Below are positions 8,786 through 18,348 of a DNA stretch of 64,000 nucleotides, in pieces. Every line of letters starts with the position of its first letter. Positions within the stretch are counted from its first letter, which is position 1. The DNA is taken from NCBI GenBank assembly GCA_043810925.1, contig JBDRNT010000171.1, positions 8,466-72,465 on the forward strand. The letters are read 5' to 3'. Made by a program: the position numbers and the translations under genes. Under the pieces are notes generated by a model. The model was not told where the DNA came from. It saw only the letters and a list, made by a program, of their open reading frames with translations, and searched no databases. The stretch comes from Candidatus Eiseniibacteriota bacterium (lineage in GTDB: Bacteria; Arandabacterota; Arandabacteria; Arandabacterales; Arandabacteraceae).

Positions 8786-10641
8786 TGATCGAACTGGCTT
8801 GTCTCGTTCTCATCTATCTATTGGCGACTGGTCTGGGAAAGATGACGCTACGCTACTTCGGCGTTTCCTTTGAGACCTGGAAGGAGGAGTCCATCTTTTC
8901 GATCGGTCTGGGACTGGGGCTTCTGGCATATGCCGTGTTTGCCGTCGGTATCCTGGGCATTCTTTACACCTGGGCGGTCTGTGCGGTGCTTGTGGTTGCT
9001 GCGATCGCATGCCGGCGGGAGCTAAAGCATACGGTAATGAGGTTGCCCGGACTCTTTCGCAACCTCAAACCGGGGACGCGTCCCAGGGTCATCCTTGCCT
9101 TGACCGCCGTAGTGGTGGTATGCATAGCGATGAACTCCCTGGGAACACTGGCGCCCGTCAGCTCGATGGACGCCCTGGCTTACCACTTCGCAGCCCCCAA
9201 GGTCTACATTGAGCACCACAAGATTATCGAGACCCCCTGGTTACACTGGCATTCCTACCAGCCGTTCACGGTGCAAATGCTCTTTACCCTTGGGATGTTG
9301 CTCCGAAACGCCGCGCTGGGGTCGCTGTTTCATTATGGATTCGGGGTTCTCATTGCCGCAGGGATCGCGGTGTTCTGTCTCCGTTATTTTCCGGGAAACA
9401 CCTCCCTCCTGTCGGTGGCGATCTTCTATACAACCGGTCTCATGACCTGGCAGGCCACATCCGGTTTCATAGATCTGGGGCTTGCGTTTTTCGCGTTTCT
9501 CGCGGTCTTCGGATTCCTCCGGTGGCTGGAGACAAGCCACCGGCACTGGTTGGCGTTGTCGGGCGTGTTCGCCGGCTTTGCCGCGGGATGCAAGACTACG
9601 GGTGGAGTGGTCGTCGTTGCACTGGCGGCCATGCTCATCTGCCGTCTGATGCTTGTGAAAGGAAGATCTGTCTCAAGCGCAGTCAGGGATGTGGGGGTCT
9701 TTGTGAGCCTGGCAATCCTGATAGCCTCGCCATGGTACATCAAGAGCCTCGTTCAAACCGGTAATCCTGTTTTTCCTTTTCTCTATACCATCTTCGGGGG
9801 CAAGAACTGGGACGGCGAGGCGTCCGCAACACTTCGAGGGGCCCTGAGGGTCTACGGCTTCGGCTACGGTATCAAGGAGTTGATCATGGCACCCTGGAAC
9901 ATCACGCTCCGGGGGGAGTCGTTTGACTATGGGCAGTTGGTCGGACCGCTCTATCTTTCCTTCATACCGCTGTCGCTTCTTTATATCAGGAAGAGCATGG
10001 TTATCAGGACCCTGCTGATCTTCTGCGGTCTCGTCTTCTGCGTCTGGTTCAGCCAGTCCCAGCAGATCAGATTTCTGCTTCCCGTCCTGCCGTTCTTGAG
10101 CGTGATAGCGGCATGGGTGATTGTGGATCTCCTCGGAAAGGGTCGATTCCTCAAGTACACCGTGGCTGTGGTTGTCGGGTTGTTCCTGCTCTTCGGTACG
10201 GGGCTCAATCTGATTTACAACTCACAATTCCTGCCCGTGGTCTTCGGTCTTCAACCGGAAGATGAGTTCCTTGCCGAGAAGACCTGGTTCTACGAGGACA
10301 CGAAGTATATCAACGAGAACATCCCTGAAGACAGCAAGGTGCTGGCGGATCTGCGCGGAACCTACTACCTGGACAGGGACTTCGTCCCATGGGGCTATGT
10401 CGAGGTCGGGGAGGATCCACGGGCGGCACTCGAGGCGCTTGGACGACACGGCATTACCCACATCTTTGTAGCCCACCAGAATCGCCTGAGGCAACTGGAT
10501 GTGATCCGCGATAACCTCACGCTGATACGCACAAGTCAAACGACTGTTCTCGGTCACCGGACGTTCTGGCGGGATCCGAAAGCGGTAACCACTCATCTCT
10601 TTGAGGTCAAGAGAACAGCACATCACGCGATGGGAGCATAA
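8785..10641 (+). CDS. Polytopic GT-C-fold glycosyltransferase (PMT_2/ArnT-like, lipid-phosphate-sugar dependent)
   Basis: More than 12 TM segments; APVSSMDALAYH first-loop motif, IDLG, GCK, PWY..GNPVFPF, RFLLP. Confidence 0.75.
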   Translation: MIELACLVLIYLLATGLGKMTLRYFGVSFETWKEESIFSIGLGLGLLAYAVFAVGILGILYTWAVCAVLVVAAIACRRELKHTVMRLPGLFRNLKPGTRPRVILALTAVVVVCIAMNSLGTLAPVSSMDALAYHFAAPKVYIEHHKIIETPWLHWHSYQPFTVQMLFTLGMLLRNAALGSLFHYGFGVLIAAGIAVFCLRYFPGNTSLLSVAIFYTTGLMTWQATSGFIDLGLAFFAFLAVFGFLRWLETSHRHWLALSGVFAGFAAGCKTTGGVVVVALAAMLICRLMLVKGRSVSSAVRDVGVFVSLAILIASPWYIKSLVQTGNPVFPFLYTIFGGKNWDGEASATLRGALRVYGFGYGIKELIMAPWNITLRGESFDYGQLVGPLYLSFIPLSLLYIRKSMVIRTLLIFCGLVFCVWFSQSQQIRFLLPVLPFLSVIAAWVIVDLLGKGRFLKYTVAVVVGLFLLFGTGLNLIYNSQFLPVVFGLQPEDEFLAEKTWFYEDTKYINENIPEDSKVLADLRGTYYLDRDFVPWGYVEVGEDPRAALEALGRHGITHIFVAHQNRLRQLDVIRDNLTLIRTSQTTVLGHRTFWRDPKAVTTHLFEVKRTAHHAMGA

Positions 10642-10645
10642 ACCA

Positions 10646-11650
10646 ATGGCAACACAAGTTCTGGTAACAGGCGGAGCGGGTTACCTCGGATCGGTGCTCT
10701 GCGAACATCTGCTGGCCACGGGTTACAAGGTCACGGTGGTCGACAACCTGATGTATGGACAACACACCTTGTTCCATCTTTGCGCGAATCCGCATTTTGA
10801 GTTTGTACCCGGTGATGCCCGTGACGAGAAGTTGCTTTCGGGACTCGTGAAGAACGCTGACGTGCTTATTCCTCTGGCGGCGGTCGTGGGCGCGACGGCA
10901 TGCGAGCGGGACCCCTGGCTGGCCATGGCGGTCAATCTCGAGGCCATCCGGATGCTCAACAGGCTGCGTAGCCCGGACCAGCTGGTAGTCTTCCCGACGA
11001 CCAACAGTGGTTACGGAACCCAGACAAGCGATGTGTTCTGTACCGAAGACACCCCGCTGGAACCCATCTCGCTTTACGGACGGACCAAAGTCGACGCGGA
11101 GGCTGATCTCCTGGGATCGCCCGGGGTGATTACCCTGCGTCTTGCTACCGTGTTCGGTATGTCTCCCCGGATGCGTCTGGATCTTCTGGTTAACCACTTC
11201 GTTTACGCGGCGGTCACCGATGGTTACATCGTTATCTTCGAGCGGGAGTTCAAACGGAACTACATACACATACGCGACGTCGCAGAATGCTTCGTACACT
11301 GTATAGAACACGCCGACCGGATGGTGGGACGTCCGTACAATGCCGGTCTCGATGCGGCGAATCTCTCCAAGGAGGAGCTGGCACTCAAGATCAAACAGTA
11401 TGTCCCGGACTTCTACACCCACTTCTCCGAAGTCGGAAGCGATCCCGACAAGCGCAACTACATCGTTTCGAACCAGAGGCTTCGTGAAGCCGGGTTCGAG
11501 GCACGGCGTTCGCTGGATGAGGGGATCAAGGAACTCCTGAAGGGGTACCGGATGATGGGACGCGCTCCCTTTAAGAACACCGGATGCGTGCGGGACATCC
11601 CCCGCCATGAATGCCTGATGTCAACAACCGGAGGTTCTCAGGGTGGTTGA
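10646..11650 (+). CDS. SDR resembling Campylobacter Cj1427/WcaG (GDP-D-glycero-D-manno-heptose C4 dehydrogenase)
   Basis: TGGAGYLGS, YGRTK, and segments PTTNSGYG, RLATVFGMSPRMRLDLLVN, RNYIHIRD, DPDKRNYIVSN that match Cj1427 as I recall it; next to hddC/gmhA/hddA. Confidence 0.75.
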   Translation: MATQVLVTGGAGYLGSVLCEHLLATGYKVTVVDNLMYGQHTLFHLCANPHFEFVPGDARDEKLLSGLVKNADVLIPLAAVVGATACERDPWLAMAVNLEAIRMLNRLRSPDQLVVFPTTNSGYGTQTSDVFCTEDTPLEPISLYGRTKVDAEADLLGSPGVITLRLATVFGMSPRMRLDLLVNHFVYAAVTDGYIVIFEREFKRNYIHIRDVAECFVHCIEHADRMVGRPYNAGLDAANLSKEELALKIKQYVPDFYTHFSEVGSDPDKRNYIVSNQRLREAGFEARRSLDEGIKELLKGYRMMGRAPFKNTGCVRDIPRHECLMSTTGGSQGG

Positions 11651-11654
11651 GAAT

Positions 11655-12392
11655 ATGACCGGCTTGAGCGCCGCGATACTGGCAGGTGGGCTGGGGTCGA
11701 GGCTGAGCCCCGTCCTCGCCGGCCGCCAGAAGGTCATGGCCGAGTTCGGGGGACAGCCATTTCTCGCTTACCTCCTGGACCAGTTGGCCGGTGTTGGTGT
11801 GCCCGATGTGGTGCTCTGCACGGGTCATCTGGGCGAGCAGGTGCGCGCTGCCCTTGGCGAGACCCACGGTCCATTACATCTTACGTATTCACAGGAAGCA
11901 TCTCCCAGGGGTACGGCAGGCGCGTTGCGGAGGGCTCTGCCCCTTCTGAAGTCGGATACAGTGCTTGTCATGAATGGCGACTCTTTCTGCGAAGCGGACC
12001 TCGGGGCCTTCTGGACGTGGCATTGCGCACGGGAGGCGGAGGCCTCATTGCTGCTCGCGAGGGTGCCGGATACCGGGCGTTACGGCCGGGTCAGGGTGGA
12101 TACCGACGGATTCATGCTCAGTTTCGGCGAGAAAGACGGGACAACCGGACCCGGATGGATCAATGCCGGGATCTACCTGATCAGCCGCAGCCTGCTTGTC
12201 GACATACCGCCGGATCAGATGGTGTCCCTGGAACGGGCGGTGTTTCCCACCTGGATCGGCCGGCGTCTCTACGGCTACAGGTGCGAGGGCCGTTTTCTGG
12301 ATATCGGTACGCCGGAGACATACGCGGCGGCAGAACGTTTTCTTGAACCATACGCTCCGACATGCAGCGTAGGAAGGGAATGTAATCCATGA
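11655..12392 (+). CDS. hddC: D-glycero-alpha-D-manno-heptose 1-phosphate guanylyltransferase
   Basis: ILAGGLGSRL, GTAGAL, VMNGDS, INAGIY, FLDIGTPETY; heptose context. Alternative GTG start at 11643. Confidence 0.8.
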   Translation: MTGLSAAILAGGLGSRLSPVLAGRQKVMAEFGGQPFLAYLLDQLAGVGVPDVVLCTGHLGEQVRAALGETHGPLHLTYSQEASPRGTAGALRRALPLLKSDTVLVMNGDSFCEADLGAFWTWHCAREAEASLLLARVPDTGRYGRVRVDTDGFMLSFGEKDGTTGPGWINAGIYLISRSLLVDIPPDQMVSLERAVFPTWIGRRLYGYRCEGRFLDIGTPETYAAAERFLEPYAPTCSVGRECNP

Positions 12393-13009
12393 GAGTAGGT
12401 ACTGATTATCTCAGCAGGGTGCGTCAGCACCTGTTCGAAAGTGCGGAGGTCAAGTGCCAGATCGCCGAGACGTGCGTGGAGTCGATTGCGGCCGCGGCCA
12501 ACCTGCTGGCCGACACATACCGGTCCGGCGGAAAGGTGCTCCTGTGCGGTAACGGCGGGAGCGCGGCCGATTGCCAGCACATGGCGGCCGAACTGGTCAA
12601 CCGGCTGACGTCGGACTTCGAACGGCCCGGCCTTCCGGCGATTGCACTCACGACCGATACGTCCTTCATAACAGCATACGCCAACGATTGCATGTTTGAG
12701 GGCGTGTTCGAAAGACAGGTGCAGGCACTTGGAAACCCGGTAGATACCCTGGTCGCCATAAGCACGAGTGGGAACTCGGCTAATGTGCTGCGCGCCATCA
12801 CGGCAGCACAGTCGGCCAATATGCGAACCATCGCCATCACCGGCACCGGCGGACGTCTCAATCGCGTCGTGGATCTGGCCATCTCCGTTCCGAGTACAAA
12901 CGCACAGTGCATCCAGGAGGCCCATCTGGCGATCGAGCATATGCTGTGTCACCTGGTTGAGCGAATTCTCTTCGGTGACGAGGCCCACGGGGAGGATCCG
13001 GCTCTGTGA
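12389..13009 (+). CDS. gmhA: Phosphoheptose (sedoheptulose 7-phosphate) isomerase
   Basis: CGNGGSAADCQHMAAE, LTTDTS, STSGNSAN, IQEAH. Confidence 0.93.
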   Translation: MRVGTDYLSRVRQHLFESAEVKCQIAETCVESIAAAANLLADTYRSGGKVLLCGNGGSAADCQHMAAELVNRLTSDFERPGLPAIALTTDTSFITAYANDCMFEGVFERQVQALGNPVDTLVAISTSGNSANVLRAITAAQSANMRTIAITGTGGRLNRVVDLAISVPSTNAQCIQEAHLAIEHMLCHLVERILFGDEAHGEDPAL

Positions 13010-14076
13010 TTATAAGCAGGACACCCTTCCGGATTTCCTTCTTCGGCGGAGGAACGGATTACCCGGCGTGGTACCGGAAACGGGGAGGTGCCGTGCTGGC
13101 AACCACAATCGACAAGTATTGCTATCTCACGTGCCGATATCTTCCCCCGTTCTTCGAGCACCGGTTCCGTGTCGTCTATTCCGAGAATGAAAGATGCAAG
13201 GAGATCGATGACATCAGCCATCCGGCCGTCCGCCATGTAATGCGGTATCTCGGCATGGAGCGTGGCGTGGAAATCCATCATGACGGCGACCTGCCTGCCA
13301 GGAGTGGAATGGGATCGAGTTCCTCCTTCACCGTGGGGCTCCTTCATGCCCTCTACGCGCTAAAAGGCTATATGCCCACAAGGTTGCAGCTGGCAATGGA
13401 GAGCATTTTCATCGAGCAGGAACTTCTGAAGGAGACTGTCGGATCCCAGGACCAAGTGCTGGCGGCCTATGGCGGTTTCAATCACATATCCTTTCTCGCA
13501 ACCGGCGAGATCTCGATCAAGCCGATCACCATCGCCAGGGAGCGTATCACTGAACTCAACTCGCATCTCATGTTGTTTTATACGGGGATCAAACGCACAG
13601 CCTCGAATCTGGCGGAAACCTACGTCAACGATATCGAGCGCAGGGAACGCCAGCTCGAAAAGATCGGCGACATGGTGGGCCAGGGCATCGCGATCCTAAA
13701 CAGCACTCAGGATATCAACCACTTCGGTGAACTGCTGCATGAGACCTGGCAGGCCAAACGCAGCCTCGGCAAGAAGATATCGAACTCCTGTGTTGATGAG
13801 ATCTACGATCAGGCAATTTCCGCGGGAGCCAAGGGCGGGAAGCTTACAGGGGCTGGCGGCGGCGGATTCGCCCTCCTCTTCGTCCCTCCTTCCCGCCGGG
13901 ATAGCGTGAAGGCGAGATTGAACAAGCTGATCCACGTACCGTTCAAGTTTGAATGCGCGGGAAGCCAGATCATCTTCTTCGATCTCGAACAGGACTACTC
14001 AGCGGAAGAGAAGATCCGCGCCGGCCAGTCGATCGAGGCCTTTAGAGAGCTCAGCCACATACAGGAGGACGCGTGA
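13006..14076 (+). CDS. hddA: D-glycero-alpha-D-manno-heptose 7-phosphate kinase (GHMP)
   Basis: TPFRISFFGGGTD, PARSGMGSSS, GSQDQ, GGKLTGAGGGG. Confidence 0.88.
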   Translation: MIISRTPFRISFFGGGTDYPAWYRKRGGAVLATTIDKYCYLTCRYLPPFFEHRFRVVYSENERCKEIDDISHPAVRHVMRYLGMERGVEIHHDGDLPARSGMGSSSSFTVGLLHALYALKGYMPTRLQLAMESIFIEQELLKETVGSQDQVLAAYGGFNHISFLATGEISIKPITIARERITELNSHLMLFYTGIKRTASNLAETYVNDIERRERQLEKIGDMVGQGIAILNSTQDINHFGELLHETWQAKRSLGKKISNSCVDEIYDQAISAGAKGGKLTGAGGGGFALLFVPPSRRDSVKARLNKLIHVPFKFECAGSQIIFFDLEQDYSAEEKIRAGQSIEAFRELSHIQEDA

Positions 14077-15074
14077 ACGATCATCTGCCCATAACCCGCG
14101 TACTTATCACGGGGATCGCCGGATCGGGCGGGAGCTATCTCGCCGAGCACATCGTCAACGATCACCCGGATGTCGAAGTCCATGGAATATCGCGGTGGCA
14201 CAGCACGACGTCGAGCGATAACCTTGGCGCGATCCGTGACAGGATAACGGTGCACGAGGCCGACCTTCTCGATTTCGGATCGGTGCTTGGGGCGGTCCGC
14301 GCGGCAAAACCCGATGCTGTGTTCCACCTGGCAGCTCACGCTAACGTTCATGCTTCATTCGTGACCCCGAACACTGTACTCAGCAATAACATCATCGGGA
14401 CGAGCAACCTCCTCGAGGCGATCAGACTGGAAGACCTCGATCCCGTTATCCAGATCTGCAGTACTTCCGAGGTATACGGCCAGGTTGACCCGGAGAACGT
14501 CCCGATAAAGGAAGATACACCGATGCAACCGGCCAGCCCCTACGCCGTTTCAAAGGTCGCCCAGGACCAGCTCGGAAGGGTCTATTTCACGAGCTACAAG
14601 ATGCGCATCATCCGCACACGGATGTTTGCATACCTCAATCCCCGGCGTACCGACCTGTTTGCGACATCGTTCGCAAGACAGGTGGCATGGATTGAGCGCG
14701 GACTCCAGCAGGAGCTTGTCCACGGCAACCTCGATTCGGTCCGCACCCTGATTGATGTTCGCGACGCGATGCGAGCTTACTGGGAGGCCCTTCTCCACTG
14801 CCGGTGGGGAGAGGCCTACAACATCGGGGGTACGACCACTATGACGGTCGGTGAGTTCCTGGAACGCCTGACCGCCATGAGCAGAGTACCGGTCCCGACA
14901 CGCTGTGATCCCCGGTTGCTTCGCCCGGCGGATGTGACATTGCAGATACCCTGCACCGATAAGTTCGTGCGTGAGACAGGGTGGCAACCTGTCTACACCT
15001 TCGAGCAAAGCCTGGCGAACTTGCTTGACTACTGGAGGAAACAGGCGGATGCGGCAGCCGAGGCCGCTCTCTAA
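14073..15074 (+). CDS. GDP-sugar 4,6-dehydratase, DmhA/WcbK-like (GDP-heptose)
   Basis: ITGIAGSGGSYL, STSEVYG, SPYAVSK, HGNLDSVRT..DVRD, LRPAD; follows hddA; a canonical gmd lies separately at 45812. Confidence 0.75.
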   Translation: MNDHLPITRVLITGIAGSGGSYLAEHIVNDHPDVEVHGISRWHSTTSSDNLGAIRDRITVHEADLLDFGSVLGAVRAAKPDAVFHLAAHANVHASFVTPNTVLSNNIIGTSNLLEAIRLEDLDPVIQICSTSEVYGQVDPENVPIKEDTPMQPASPYAVSKVAQDQLGRVYFTSYKMRIIRTRMFAYLNPRRTDLFATSFARQVAWIERGLQQELVHGNLDSVRTLIDVRDAMRAYWEALLHCRWGEAYNIGGTTTMTVGEFLERLTAMSRVPVPTRCDPRLLRPADVTLQIPCTDKFVRETGWQPVYTFEQSLANLLDYWRKQADAAAEAAL

Positions 15075-15079
15075 GAGGT

Positions 15080-16042
15080 ATGAGAAACATGGCACTTCCG
15101 AAGATTGCACAGTTCTATCGCTCGCTCTACAGGATTCGACGCGTGGAAGAGGAAATCATCAGGATCTACCCGACGGACAGGGTCAAGAGCCCCGTACACC
15201 TTTCGATCGGGCAGGAGGCGGTTTCCGTAGGAGTGTGTGAAGCCCTGCGCCAGGACGACGTGGTTTTCGGCACCTACCGGGGGCACGCTCTCTATCTGGC
15301 CAAGGGCGGCGATCTGAAGAAGATGATGGCCGAGTTGTACGGGAAGGTCACCGGCTGCGCCCGGGGCAAGGCAGGGTCGATGCACCTTGTCGATACCGCT
15401 TCCGGAATCATGGGGACATCTGCAATCGTTTCAACCACCATTCCCCAGTCGGTCGGTTATGGTTACGCCCTGAAGGTTCAGGGCAGGGACTCGCTTGTGG
15501 CAAGTTTTTTCGGCGACGGGGCAGTGGATGAGGGGGCATTTCACGAAAGCATGAACTTTGCCGCCCTTAAACACGTGCCCGTCGTCTTCATTTGTGAGAA
15601 CAACCTCTACGCCATTCACTCGCACTACCTCAACAGACAGCCGAAGGACAACATCTGCGAGCGTGTGCGCACGTACGGCATGCCCGCAGAGAGGATCGAG
15701 GGAAACGACGTCGTCAGGATCTACGACCGTGTAAAGGACGCTGCGAAGAGGATTCGCAGTGGAGCCTCCGGCCCCATGTTCTTTGAGTGTATGACCTACC
15801 GCTGGAGGGAGCACGTCGGGCCCGGCGAAGACTGGGATCTTGGCTACCGCGGTGAGGACGAGGCTAAGCAGTGGATCGAAGGAGACCAGGTCGACCGCCT
15901 GGGGGCAATGCTTGATCCCGAGGCGAGACGGCGTATGGAGGCGGAGGTGGAGACGGAGATCCGTGAGGCTATTGAGTTTGCGGAACGGAGTCCATTCCCG
16001 GATGCAGAGGAACTCTACACAGACGTTTTCAGGGAGTGTTGA
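15080..16042 (+). CDS. ThDP-dependent E1 alpha-like subunit
   Basis: HLSIGQEA, GSMH, ThDP motif GDGA..ENN, TYRWREH. Confidence 0.9.
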   Translation: MRNMALPKIAQFYRSLYRIRRVEEEIIRIYPTDRVKSPVHLSIGQEAVSVGVCEALRQDDVVFGTYRGHALYLAKGGDLKKMMAELYGKVTGCARGKAGSMHLVDTASGIMGTSAIVSTTIPQSVGYGYALKVQGRDSLVASFFGDGAVDEGAFHESMNFAALKHVPVVFICENNLYAIHSHYLNRQPKDNICERVRTYGMPAERIEGNDVVRIYDRVKDAAKRIRSGASGPMFFECMTYRWREHVGPGEDWDLGYRGEDEAKQWIEGDQVDRLGAMLDPEARRRMEAEVETEIREAIEFAERSPFPDAEELYTDVFREC

Positions 16043-16043
16043 G

Positions 16044-17093
16044 ATGGAACGCACACTGACTTATGCCGATGCGATTCGCGAGGCGACCGAGCAGGAGATG
16101 GCGCGTGACCCTCGGGTGATTGTCATGGGTCTGGGTGTCGATGACCCAAAGGGCATCTACGGTACCACCCTGGGGCTTAGAGACGAGTTCGGACCCGAAC
16201 GCGTCTTCGATACCCCGCTTTCTGAGGATGCGATGACCGGCGTCGCCATCGGTGCTTCGCTCGCCGGACTCCGGCCGATCCATGTTCACCAGCGTATGGA
16301 TTTCCTCCTGCTCGCCATGAACCAACTTGTCAACATCGCCGCCAAGACAAGGTACATGTTTGCGGGGGCCGTATCGGTTCCGATCGTGGTCCGCGCAATC
16401 ATCGGCAGAAGCTGGGGACAGGGTGCCCAGCACTCCCAGGCACTCCATTCATTGTTCATGCATGTCCCCGGTATCAAGATAGTCGCACCGACAACCCCCT
16501 ACGATGCCAAGGGCTGTCTGATCAGGAGCATCAGGGAGCATGACCCGGTGATCTTTGTCGAGCACAGACTCCTGCACAAGTACCAGGAAGGTTATGTCGC
16601 CGAAGGTTCATACGAGGTCCCCCTTGGGAAGGCCCGCGTCCTCGTAGAGGGCAATGATCTTACCATCGTTGGGATTTCCCATATGGCGGTTGAATGCTTG
16701 AGGGCCCAGCGGTACCTCGAGGATGTCGGGCTGAGTGCCGAGGTGATCGATCCCGTTTCTTTGTGCCCGCTCGACATGGACACGATAGCAGCATCGGTAC
16801 GCAAGACCGGAAGAATGCTTGTCGTGGACAACGGGTGGATCACCTGCGGGGCCGGCACCGAGATTCTCGCACAGGTGGTCGAACGCTTTCAGGGCCACCT
16901 GGATGTGCGCGTCCAGAGGATGGGGTTTGAGAGCGTGACCTGCCCAACCACGAGGAATCTGGAAACCGAGTTCTACCCGAATGCACAGACGATAGCGTCA
17001 GGAGCATATGCGCTGGTTCACGACAATCATGAGTCGTGGACGCCTGCGCATGAGGAAGCTCCGGAGATCCTTCAATTCAAGGGGCCGTTCTGA
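16044..17093 (+). CDS. ThDP-dependent E1 beta-like subunit (transketolase pyrimidine-binding plus C-terminal domain)
   Basis: ATG 16044; DTPLSE, GLRPI, GAQHSQ, PYDAKG, DPVIFVEH. Confidence 0.9.
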   Translation: MERTLTYADAIREATEQEMARDPRVIVMGLGVDDPKGIYGTTLGLRDEFGPERVFDTPLSEDAMTGVAIGASLAGLRPIHVHQRMDFLLLAMNQLVNIAAKTRYMFAGAVSVPIVVRAIIGRSWGQGAQHSQALHSLFMHVPGIKIVAPTTPYDAKGCLIRSIREHDPVIFVEHRLLHKYQEGYVAEGSYEVPLGKARVLVEGNDLTIVGISHMAVECLRAQRYLEDVGLSAEVIDPVSLCPLDMDTIAASVRKTGRMLVVDNGWITCGAGTEILAQVVERFQGHLDVRVQRMGFESVTCPTTRNLETEFYPNAQTIASGAYALVHDNHESWTPAHEEAPEILQFKGPF

Positions 17094-18346
17094 TGAAACA
17101 GCAAGACATGAAGTCCGGCGGCAGCGCCACCGCAACCAGGGAGATCGCCGTCCCGTTCGGGACGATGTCGGTCCCCAGAAGAGCGAAGCAGATCATAGCC
17201 GAGGTCCTGACGACCCGGCGAATCTCGAGTGGCAAGTACGTCCGTGAATTCGAAAACAGATTCGCCGAGTTGCTTGGCGTCAAAGAAGCCGTCGCTGTAA
17301 GCAGCGGTACAGACGCAGACGTTCTTGCCCTGGCCGTGCTTCACGATTACGGGGCACAGCGGGGCGACGAGATCATCGTTCCCGCACTGTCCTTTGTGGC
17401 TTCGGGTAATGCCGTGTTCCACGCCGGTTTCACACCGGTCTTCGTCGACATTGATTTCAACACCCTGAATATCGACCCATCCGGGATTGAAGCAGCAGTG
17501 ACGGACAAGACACGTGCGATAATGCCGGTTCACCTGATGGGTAAACCCGCGGAGATGGATCTTATCAGGGACGTCGCCCGGAAGCATGATCTTCGCGTGA
17601 TCGAGGATGCCGCAGAGGCTCACGGCGCTATTTACAAGGGAGAGCCGGTCGGCACCCTTGGCGACATGGGAGCTTTCAGCCTCTACCTCGCACATATCAT
17701 CACCACAGGCGAGGGCGGCGTTGTCGTAACCGACAACGAGGATTATGCGCAGATCCTTCGCTCGCTTCGCTCTCACGGACGTGCCTGCAAGTGCAGGCAA
17801 TGCACGATAAATACAACCTCGGGATACTGCCCGAAGCGGTTTCAGGGCGATCAAGGCGAAGACATGAGGTTCGTGTTTGAGCGTATCGGCTACTCGGCGA
17901 AGATGAACGAACTCGAAGCCGCACTTGGATTGGCCAACCTCGATATCTACGACGAGATTCTGAGCAGACGCCGCCGGAATCTCCAGTATGTACTTGAGCG
18001 ATTCAAGCAGTTCGACCCTTATCTGACAACGATCGAGGAAGGGCCGGACGAGAAGATCGGCCCCCACGCCATCCCGATTGTCGTCGGGCGCGGGGCGTCA
18101 TTTACACGTGAAGCGCTTGCCAACTGTCTTGAAGAGCACGGTATCGAGACACGCACCCTGTTCGCATCCATGCCGACCCAGTGCGCCGGATTCGCCCATC
18201 TTGGTTACCGGCCGGGGCAGTTTCCCAATGCCGAGTACATAGGCATGCACGGTATCCACGTCGGGGTTCACCAGGATCTTGGACGGGAAGAGATGGACCA
18301 CGTGCTGGGGACAATCGGGCGATTCCTCGAGGACAACCAGAATTGA
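17093..18346 (+). CDS. PLP/PMP-dependent DegT-fold enzyme with His at the catalytic-Lys position: probable NDP-4-keto-6-deoxysugar C3-dehydrase (DdhC/RfbH/ColD-like)
   Basis: FSLYLAHIITTGEGG, versus FSFYPSKNLG in the true aminotransferase at 26511; Cys-rich insert GRACKCRQC..CPKRF. Confidence 0.75.
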   Translation: MKQQDMKSGGSATATREIAVPFGTMSVPRRAKQIIAEVLTTRRISSGKYVREFENRFAELLGVKEAVAVSSGTDADVLALAVLHDYGAQRGDEIIVPALSFVASGNAVFHAGFTPVFVDIDFNTLNIDPSGIEAAVTDKTRAIMPVHLMGKPAEMDLIRDVARKHDLRVIEDAAEAHGAIYKGEPVGTLGDMGAFSLYLAHIITTGEGGVVVTDNEDYAQILRSLRSHGRACKCRQCTINTTSGYCPKRFQGDQGEDMRFVFERIGYSAKMNELEAALGLANLDIYDEILSRRRRNLQYVLERFKQFDPYLTTIEEGPDEKIGPHAIPIVVGRGASFTREALANCLEEHGIETRTLFASMPTQCAGFAHLGYRPGQFPNAEYIGMHGIHVGVHQDLGREEMDHVLGTIGRFLEDNQN

Positions 18347-18348
18347 AA

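Noticed and set aside
15080-17093. Central-metabolism pyruvate or acetoin dehydrogenase (pdhAB/acoAB)
   Set aside because: No E2/E3 genes nearby and the pair is coupled to nucleotide-sugar genes, so gene symbols were withheld.
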